From positions 1 to 24,601 of the forward strand of contig JAYODI010000084.1 in the NCBI GenBank assembly GCA_038279365.1: a DNA stretch of 24,601 nucleotides, read 5' to 3'. Made by a program: the position numbers and the translations under genes. Origin of the DNA: Candidatus Latescibacterota bacterium (GTDB lineage: Bacteria; Latescibacterota; UBA2968). The notes under the pieces were generated by a model. The model saw nothing but the letters and a program-made list of their open reading frames with translations, did not search any database and was not told the DNA's origin. Positions 18,096 to 24,601 of the stretch are shown here, piece by piece (positions within the stretch are counted from its first letter, which is position 1; each line of letters begins with the position of its first letter).

Positions 18096-19322
18096 ATGGC
18101 CTCTGTAAGCTGGTTCAAGGCAAGAAACACCTGGCGCATTTCCTATTATGTGAAGCTCAATGGAAAGTTGGTATTGAAGGCCAAATACGCCAAGGTCAAG
18201 TGGGACGCCAACCTGTTGAAACGGCAGATTGAGCGGTTGGAGGATGCCACCAAGATGGGCATTGCCACTGACACAGAAATTGCGGCGTGGATCGATAAGG
18301 GATGGATAAAACAGGAGGAGACTGAACAGGCGTTCTCCGGATATGCGGAAACAGCCAACCGAAAATATCGCAAGGATGTTCATGACGCCGATTTCGAGCA
18401 GATCCTCAACGCTTACGAGCAGTATGCTATTGATACGAGCAAAGGCGGTCCCGACCGCAAATCTCATCAGAACCATATGAGCATGGCGGGAAAGGCCATC
18501 GAATGGCTCAAAGAGGCGGGTCCACTGAATAAGATCACGCCGGAACTCATCACTTCTCATCTCAACCAAATGAAACGGGAATACTCCGAGTGGACCGTCT
18601 ACCACTTTTCTACCAAACTGCGTCTTCTTCTGGATCAAGCAATGACTTTGGGAATGATCCACGAGAACCCGGCCCGGAAGGTAAGCCTGAAGCAACCTAA
18701 GAAGGCAAAGGAACGGCGCATTTTGACGGAAGTGGAGGTTGGCAAGATTCTGGAGGTGTCGCTCAACCACCGACACTACATCAGCGGGAGTGTGCCTACT
18801 GTGGTTCGCCTAGGGTTGTATGCCGGGCTTCGAAACGAAGAAATGTGCTGGCTGAAATGGAATGCCATCGATTGGACCAACCGGATCATCAGCATTCGTG
18901 AGTCAGTGTGTGAAATAAGGGGACGGGTGTGGATACCGAAGGACTACGAGGCGCGAAGGTTGGATGTTAAGGAGGCGTGTATTTCGTATTTGAAAGACGA
19001 GTTTAGTCGTCAGGAACAAGCGGGTATTCTGGGACCTTTTGTGATGCCGGGCGGCAACAAGGATCAACCCGATTTCCGGAAGCGGCCACTTTATCAGGAT
19101 CAGCCGCAGAAGGGATTTGTTAGAATGATTGAAAAAGAGAAGATGGATACGGACATCACTGTTTATTCGCTCCGGCACACCTATGCGACAATGGCTTTGC
19201 GCAGCGGTGTGGATGTTAGAACGCTACAACGCCGTATGGGACACTCGGATATACGGACCACGATGGAATATCTCCACTACATTGAACCTGAACAGCACCC
19301 CATGGACAACCTGCCCTACTGA
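18096..19322 (+). CDS. int: Tyrosine recombinase / site-specific integrase
   Basis: Catalytic set GLRNEE (R), PKD (K), YSLRHTY, MGHS and TTMEY (Y). Also HENPA, and RBS AAAGGAG. Confidence 0.95.
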   Translation: MASVSWFKARNTWRISYYVKLNGKLVLKAKYAKVKWDANLLKRQIERLEDATKMGIATDTEIAAWIDKGWIKQEETEQAFSGYAETANRKYRKDVHDADFEQILNAYEQYAIDTSKGGPDRKSHQNHMSMAGKAIEWLKEAGPLNKITPELITSHLNQMKREYSEWTVYHFSTKLRLLLDQAMTLGMIHENPARKVSLKQPKKAKERRILTEVEVGKILEVSLNHRHYISGSVPTVVRLGLYAGLRNEEMCWLKWNAIDWTNRIISIRESVCEIRGRVWIPKDYEARRLDVKEACISYLKDEFSRQEQAGILGPFVMPGGNKDQPDFRKRPLYQDQPQKGFVRMIEKEKMDTDITVYSLRHTYATMALRSGVDVRTLQRRMGHSDIRTTMEYLHYIEPEQHPMDNLPY

Positions 19323-19324
19323 AA

Positions 19325-19582
19325 CTATTCTTTATGCAGAGATTCCCATTCCAGCCGTAACACGTCTTTGAGGCGATACCGGATCGTCTTTTTTCCCAGT
19401 CGGTATGCTGGCAAATAAAGCCCTTTGGGATTTTCTCCTCGGTGGATGGTCTGCAACTGTCGCTTCGTGATCCCCAACCGGGCCATGACCTGCTCGGGAG
19501 TCAAGAGCGTTTCTCCGTTCAAGACGGCGTTGGTCTCTTGGTAAACATATGCTTTGAAGTTGGATTTGTGTGATCGATCCAT
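19325..19582 (-). CDS. Excisionase-like / AlpA-type HTH protein
   Basis: LLTPEQVMARLGIT...LPAYRLGKKTIRYRLKDV winged-HTH pattern, convergent with the integrase, RBS GAGG. Confidence 0.8.
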   Translation of the reverse strand: MDRSHKSNFKAYVYQETNAVLNGETLLTPEQVMARLGITKRQLQTIHRGENPKGLYLPAYRLGKKTIRYRLKDVLRLEWESLHKE

Positions 19583-19693
19583 GCTATACCTCTATGTGCA
19601 ATGCATCATTTATTCTACGTATCTTTATTTCGTTCTGTTTTCCTTTCGGCCTTGATCGTCGCGACGTTGGCAGCTTTGGCGAAGCAATTACAA

Positions 19694-20374
19694 TCAGAGG
19701 TAGATCGGCTTTCCGCACCAACGGCAGGTGACTTTATACCATCGCGTGCTGCATTTTTGACACCACGTGGGAAACCCACGATACCAGAAAACTTCCCTGC
19801 ATGATTCACAGGAATGCATTGCATATCCGGGGTTGTGGCTGCAATAGGGACAAGTGTCAAAGGATTTGGTTTTGGGGGTTTGCGTCTGCAACTGCGTCGC
19901 GTAGATGATCTCGCACGCGCCATCACCACTGTCTGTGGTGGTTCTGCTTGTTGAAACCAAGAAACCGTCAGAAGAGATGTCCACCAATTTACCAGTGATT
20001 GTTATTCTCTGGCCCACTCTGAGATTTGCACAGGCCGAATAGACGGATCCGTTCGCTGGGACAATGTGGTTGTTGCTGACATGTGATAGAATGTAGGCAA
20101 CCGTGATGCCTCTGGGCAGCGAACTCCAGTTATAGCTGAGCCAGCGGTCCCATTGGCTGTAACGCATATGTTTGTGATATTGAGGTTCGATCAGCTTGCC
20201 CCAGGCGATGCCCAGATCAAACGGGGCGATCAGGGCAAACGGGTCGTTTCCTCCGTAATATTTTTTGGCAATCAAACGCCCAGTGATCGAGTAAGCGCGA
20301 ACAGGGGACAGGTGGAAACTGTCGCGCCCCACATCAATCCAGAATCCGCTGGAGGAATTCATTGATATCGACAT
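19694..20374 (-). CDS. Hypothetical protein with C-terminal double zinc ribbon
   Basis: ATG at 20374 follows AAGGAG. Core motifs APFDLGIAWG, SNNHIVPA and DSGDGACEII. Tail with four CxxC pairs (CPYC, CESC, CQKC, CRWC). Confidence 0.72.
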   Translation of the reverse strand: MSISMNSSSGFWIDVGRDSFHLSPVRAYSITGRLIAKKYYGGNDPFALIAPFDLGIAWGKLIEPQYHKHMRYSQWDRWLSYNWSSLPRGITVAYILSHVSNNHIVPANGSVYSACANLRVGQRITITGKLVDISSDGFLVSTSRTTTDSGDGACEIIYATQLQTQTPKTKSFDTCPYCSHNPGYAMHSCESCREVFWYRGFPTWCQKCSTRWYKVTCRWCGKPIYL

Positions 20375-20477
20375 TAGGACATACTCCTTGAATATGGGGC
20401 AAAACAATAAAGACACAGTTATGCGGGGACAACGGGCGACGGTATAAAACCGTTGCCCGTCGCCTCTCATTCATTTC

Positions 20478-21032
20478 TTACCCCAGAATCCGTGCAGTCT
20501 CCCTAAATACCGGCAGAAGATATCTCGGTGAACTTAAAATCGTTGCAGGGGGGCCAGGAACCACACGATGCATGGCTTTTTCAAAAGCCCTCATTGCATG
20601 AAGAGCCCATCTATAGCTGATGCGCTGCTCCTCAGAATCGATTTGGTCTATTGCTTCATTAGGAATATCGAATCGATAACGCCTGCTTTCATGATTCAGC
20701 ACCGGAACTTGGCTACCCCAGGTTGCGGCAGCAAAAACAGAAATGGAAGCATAGCATTGCCCTAAATCCACCCGCAATTTTCGCTGTGCATCTATTAAGA
20801 ATTGGGGGCAGTGGCCAATCATTTCATTTACCCTGCGGAATGCAGTGTCACGAGGGCTTTCACCCGGTGAGATTGCGGAGTTGATACATCCCCATTGTCC
20901 ATTGTCGGCTCTCTGCAAGAGCATAGCTAGTCCCGGAGGACCTAAACCATTTAAATCGAACAGGTGGACATGCACAGCTTGAATCACTGGCACGGATTCC
21001 ACCACTACAGTGCGCCTTACATAGATGTTCAT
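20478..21032 (-). CDS. Nudix-fold protein with degenerate Nudix box
   Basis: LLQRADNGQW...SAISPGESPRDTAFRRVNEMIG...PVLNHE, a NudB-like layout. RBS AAAGGTG. Confidence 0.7.
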   Translation of the reverse strand: MNIYVRRTVVVESVPVIQAVHVHLFDLNGLGPPGLAMLLQRADNGQWGCINSAISPGESPRDTAFRRVNEMIGHCPQFLIDAQRKLRVDLGQCYASISVFAAATWGSQVPVLNHESRRYRFDIPNEAIDQIDSEEQRISYRWALHAMRAFEKAMHRVVPGPPATILSSPRYLLPVFRETARILG

Positions 21033-21074
21033 GTGATTTCACCTTTGATATTGGCTCAATTGATCGACTCAATC

Positions 21075-21824
21075 ATGATTTCCGTCAGGGTCTTTGCCTT
21101 TGATATCACCGTGATCCGGCGCGCGGTGAGTTTGATCTTTACCCACGAAGGGCACCGCGTTATCGAGGCCGAAAACGGCGCAGAGGCGCTGCGGTTTGCG
21201 CGTCAGTTTGCGCCCGACCTGATCGTTCTGGACGTCAATATGCCCAAAATGGGTGGCATCGAGGCGCTGCACGAACTCCGGGGGGATGCGCGATTTGCAC
21301 GCACCGCCATCGTGATGCTTACCGGTGATCACGAGCGCAAGACCATTCTGTCGGCCATTCAAGAGGGCGCCAGTGACTATATTCTCAAGGACAATCTGGG
21401 AAATATCCGACAGAAGCTTCAGACGTATCTCAGGCTGCTCTCGAAACCGGCAGACGCACAGCGGACGGTGCTGATCGTGGACGATACGCGTTTGATGCGC
21501 CACATTGTCAGTCGCGTCTTCCTGGCAAATGGGCATCAGGTGATCGAAGGGGAAGACGGAGAGAAGGGCATTGCGCTGGCGGTAAAGCACGTCCCAGATC
21601 TGATCGTGCTGGACGTGTACATGCCGAAAATGGATGGCGTTGAGGTGCTCCGGCGCATTCGGGCAAATCCAAAGCTGACGATGACGCCCGTTGTGATGCT
21701 CACCGCAGAACGCGATGTGCCCACCGTCAAAGAGATCATGGCGCTGGGGGTGGACGATTATATCGTGAAAGAGAACGCCGTGGAGATCGAGAATCGTCTC
21801 CGGAATTATCTGAATCTGATGTGA
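21075..21824 (+). CDS. Tandem receiver-domain (REC-REC) protein; start uncertain
   Basis: Two copies of PDLIVLDVxMPKMxG...VMLT...DYIxK. The first domain has FD in place of the DD acidic pair. Confidence 0.85.
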   Translation: MISVRVFAFDITVIRRAVSLIFTHEGHRVIEAENGAEALRFARQFAPDLIVLDVNMPKMGGIEALHELRGDARFARTAIVMLTGDHERKTILSAIQEGASDYILKDNLGNIRQKLQTYLRLLSKPADAQRTVLIVDDTRLMRHIVSRVFLANGHQVIEGEDGEKGIALAVKHVPDLIVLDVYMPKMDGVEVLRRIRANPKLTMTPVVMLTAERDVPTVKEIMALGVDDYIVKENAVEIENRLRNYLNLM

Positions 21825-22744
21825 ATATGCCCCAGGAACCCGGTGTTTCAGCGACAAAGGGCGCCCTTTCGGCGCCCATTTTCAATCTCAGCCATACGCT
21901 GGGTTCTGGCCAGGTGTTTCGCTGGGGAAGGGATATCGACGGTTGGTGGAAGGGAACTGCCTACGGGACGGCCTTTCACCAGAAGCGGAAAGAAGATACC
22001 GTTGTTTTCTGGGCCTCATCCGATCGGATGACAATATATCTGCCTCGGAGTAAGAAAGATTTGCGTTTTCTTGCGAGATCAAAAATCAAGGGGCAGGTAG
22101 AAGGCGGAGAATTCCACGTCTGGGTGGATACTGGCGACCGGGGGGGAAAAGCTGGGGTATATACTTCGGCTGAAGGAATAAAGATCTCCCGTTGGGGAAG
22201 AGATGTCAGGAAAGATATCCGAGTTTCTTTCGCTCTTTCTGTATTTGAAGGGCATCTTCTAGGCTATCTTTCACTTGCCTGCTCGCCTTCAGCAGAGGAC
22301 GATCATCCCCCTGGGCAGGAGGGAGGCGGGAAGAAGCTCCATATCGATGGCCCCGCCAGCAAGTATTTTTGGGCGACCAAAATGATTGGCCAGAAGAAGG
22401 TAAGGGCCATTTTTGTGCAGGTAGACGAGGGTGCGATCAAGCAAAGCCTCAAAGCTCGCCGCAGTGGGGCTGACAAGTGCCCTATGCGGGTAAGCATGAC
22501 GTTCCCGGACTATGGGGAGGGTGATGGTGCAAAGCAGCCTGACATTTTCAAGTTCGATTTTTCAGAAATGGATCGGGAAACTTGGGGATATCATTCAGGA
22601 GGTCCGCAGGTTTCAGGTGGGAATTATCAGGTCTTCCAGCCGGATCTGGTTCCAGAGACGGGGCTAGGGGGTATGGAGGAGGAGGCACCGCCGCAGGAGG
22701 CACCACCGCCCGGGAAGGATGGGACGCCTTTGGAGAATGGGTAG
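21821..22744 (+). pseudogene. Chimeric ORF: N-terminal fragment of an 8-oxoguanine DNA glycosylase (OGG_N-like) fused to unrelated sequence
   Basis: FNLSHTLGSGQVFRW matches the OGG N-terminal L..TL..GQ.FRW motif. No HhH-GPD core follows after about position 22030. Confidence 0.55.
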
Positions 22745-22769
22745 TTCCAGGGTGTAGAACGCATGTGAG

Positions 22770-22823
22770 CCGGGCGCCAGCGATGGCGCCCGGTCGCCCC
22801 ACAAACGTAAGGATGTGGGGCGA
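22770..22823. repeat. Two abutting perfect 10-bp hairpins (REP-like)
   Basis: CCGGGCGCCA-gcga-TGGCGCCCGG and TCGCCCCACA-aacgtaagga-TGTGGGGCGA. Confidence 0.7.
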
Positions 22824-23265
22824 TGGGCGATGTTTTCTGGCATCAAGTACTTCGTCTTCTCTTCGATCATTTCGTCGAAGAGAGCTTTGTAAACCAATCC
22901 AGAGCGCGCTGATGACCGGATCGGAGACGGCATTTTGTCGCTGAATCTGAGCGCCCAGCAGACTGTTGGTTAACTCCATGGGGAAGTCCTCCTGCGGTGA
23001 GCGGATTTTCAGGTTTCCGGTTGATCTGTATTATCGTCAAAATCCGCAAAAGAGAGAAGGATAGGCCAGGAAGCGCACTTCGCTTGGTGGCGCAAATCCG
23101 CCACTAAAGACGCTCGTGATTCTTCTTCATGACGGAATTTTGTTATAAAAATTTGTTTTTTATGGGTTTGTATTATTTGTGAGTGTGTAGTATTGGTTTT
23201 GCTTGTATCCTGACTTTTGAATTAGAGCTCTTCTGTTACCAAATCACGACCCAGGGAGATTATCG

Positions 23266-24601
23266 GTGAACGCATACCGTGTGCTTTATTTCTTCATAGC
23301 GTTTTGTGTTTTTCTTTTCCAGGGGCAATCTGTTTTTGCTCAGCCCTCCTCGTGGCCCGCAGACAATCTGTGGCAGGCCATGAAGAACCAGTCAGGAAAC
23401 ATTATGTATGATGCTGCTGACAATGTGAGTGGCGTAAAAAATCTTATCGGTGATGCTTCCAATGCGACCGGTTACATCTACAACGATGGCACCTGGCAAT
23501 TTTTCCGTATGCGCCTTGAAACCGATCCTCAAGTCACAAACAATCAGGGTGTTGTTACCGGCTACGCCCAATTCGGTTGGGGCATCCTGATTGACACAAA
23601 TGGCGATGCGACTGATTATGAATTGATTGTCATGCTCGACGGGAACCGCGAAGAACTTTTCATCGGGCAGAATGACGAACAGAGGGCTATCGATGATCCC
23701 TCAGATGGAGCGGAATATCAAAATAAAGTATATACCCCCGCTTTGAGTTACTCGCGCGTTGTCAATGCGGGGACAACCCTCAACAATGCAACGAATGTCT
23801 TTCTGGACTTTGCCGTTCCACTGGCGGATATCTATGCGGCCAACAATTCTTCGACCGATACGCCCGCCACAGACAATCGGTTGGATGCGCCTTTAACGGC
23901 ATCTGATCCATTGCGCTTCTTTTTCGGTACGTCGAACCAGGGTTCATCGTTAAGCAACAGTGGATCGGATCTCATGGGAACGACGCTTTCAGCGGGTTTC
24001 TCCAATCCGATTGCACTGGATGGATCGGCACCCACGATTTCAGGAACCATTTCGTTCAAGAATTCGGGCTATTCCGCTGATGTGACAACCTATTCTCTTG
24101 CGGGAACTGTTTACATTGAGTTGAGCAGTGCAAGTATGAACAAGAACAGTGCTGGTGTAGAGGTTGTGAGCATTACGCTCGAGGGCAACGGCAGGCTGGA
24201 CAAGGAGTCCGTGTCACTGACTGAAACCGGCGCCAATACGGGAATCTTCAGAGGCAGCATCAGTTCCGCCGATGCAGCCGCAACTGCCTACGATGCCACA
24301 TTTCAGGTACAGGCGTCAGAAACGATTACGGTTTCGTGGTGGACACAGAAAGATACGGCCACCATCAGCAGTGGGAGCAACAGTGCGCCGGTGTTGTCGA
24401 CGACGGCGAGTCCGTCTTTGAGCGCGATCAACGAAGACAACACGACGAGTGGTGGGAACACGGTTGCAGAGATCGTGGTGGACGGATCGATCACGGATGG
24501 GGACGGGGCGGTGGAAGCGATCGCAGTGGTGGGTGTGGACAACACGAACGGGAAGTGGCAGTATTCGACGGACAGCGGGAGCAATTGGAGTGACTTCAGT
24601 G
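23266..24601 (+). CDS. Large secreted surface protein / adhesin, N-terminal part (runs off the window)
   Basis: Manual translation from GTG 23266 (RBS GGGAG) is open to the window end, about 445 codons. Signal peptide MNAYRVLYFFIAFCVFLFQGQSVFA, then FFRMRL..DP / WGILIDT domain, LTETGANTGIFRG motif, and cadherin-like NSAPVL...INED...GKWQYSTDSG unit. Confidence 0.88.
   Translation, partial: MNAYRVLYFFIAFCVFLFQGQSVFAQPSSWPADNLWQAMKNQSGNIMYDAADNVSGVKNLIGDASNATGYIYNDGTWQFFRMRLETDPQVTNNQGVVTGYAQFGWGILIDTNGDATDYELIVMLDGNREELFIGQNDEQRAIDDPSDGAEYQNKVYTPALSYSRVVNAGTTLNNATNVFLDFAVPLADIYAANNSSTDTPATDNRLDAPLTASDPLRFFFGTSNQGSSLSNSGSDLMGTTLSAGFSNPIALDGSAPTISGTISFKNSGYSADVTTYSLAGTVYIELSSASMNKNSAGVEVVSITLEGNGRLDKESVSLTETGANTGIFRGSISSADAAATAYDATFQVQASETITVSWWTQKDTATISSGSNSAPVLSTTASPSLSAINEDNTTSGGNTVAEIVVDGSITDGDGAVEAIAVVGVDNTNGKWQYSTDSGSNWSDFS

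Larger units (their letters stand above)
17790..24601. mobile_element. Integrative element / genomic island (left end; right end not identified in the window)
   Basis: tRNA-derived att fragment, att-like repeats, tyrosine integrase and excisionase, a visible change from T-rich host codon style, and mosaic cargo. Whether the adhesin belongs to the element is not proven. Confidence 0.82.

Noticed and set aside
22596-22604. CAGGAGGTC as a possible attR
   Set aside because: Only 9 bp, lacks the TACAA loop, and the flanking minus-strand translation is not a phosphoesterase N-terminus.
23060-23140. c-di-GMP-I riboswitch upstream of the adhesin (GCGCAAA...CTAAA)
   Set aside because: The GGCAAA and GAAA-tetraloop P2 elements are missing, and only a short hairpin is supported. 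An Rfam scan would settle it.
1-24601. CRISPR array, rRNA, IS transposase, phage structural or conjugation genes
   Set aside because: No repeat-spacer pattern or diagnostic motifs were seen.

Overview
Bacterial window in two parts. Bases 1 to about 17,790 are host chromosome, possibly a Latescibacterota/FCB-type lineage (a weak inference from gene content). They encode a membrane TPR protein, Gfo/Idh/MocA oxidoreductase, GWxTD-family protein, NemR-like TetR regulator plus peroxiredoxin-like protein, SDR and a SerB-SerA fusion. Next are a hicA-hicB deletion scar, an ECF sigma/anti-sigma pair and a tightly packed minus-strand run: phosphotransferase, lipoprotein, murG, DUF362, conserved hypothetical, receiver protein and metallophosphoesterase. 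From about 17,790 to the window end lies an integrative element. It begins with only the 3' half of a tRNA-Val(TAC), then a terminator, att-like repeats, a tyrosine integrase and an excisionase. Its cargo is a mosaic of odd or eroded genes and the start of a large secreted adhesin that the ORF track misses. The most striking observation is that the half-tRNA is joined not to a tRNA 5' half but to the antisense strand of the metallophosphoesterase gene, whose DLLLVGGD codons coincide with the anticodon arm. This suggests a tRNA-targeting element integrated at a tRNA-mimicking site inside a protein gene and removed that gene's 5' end.
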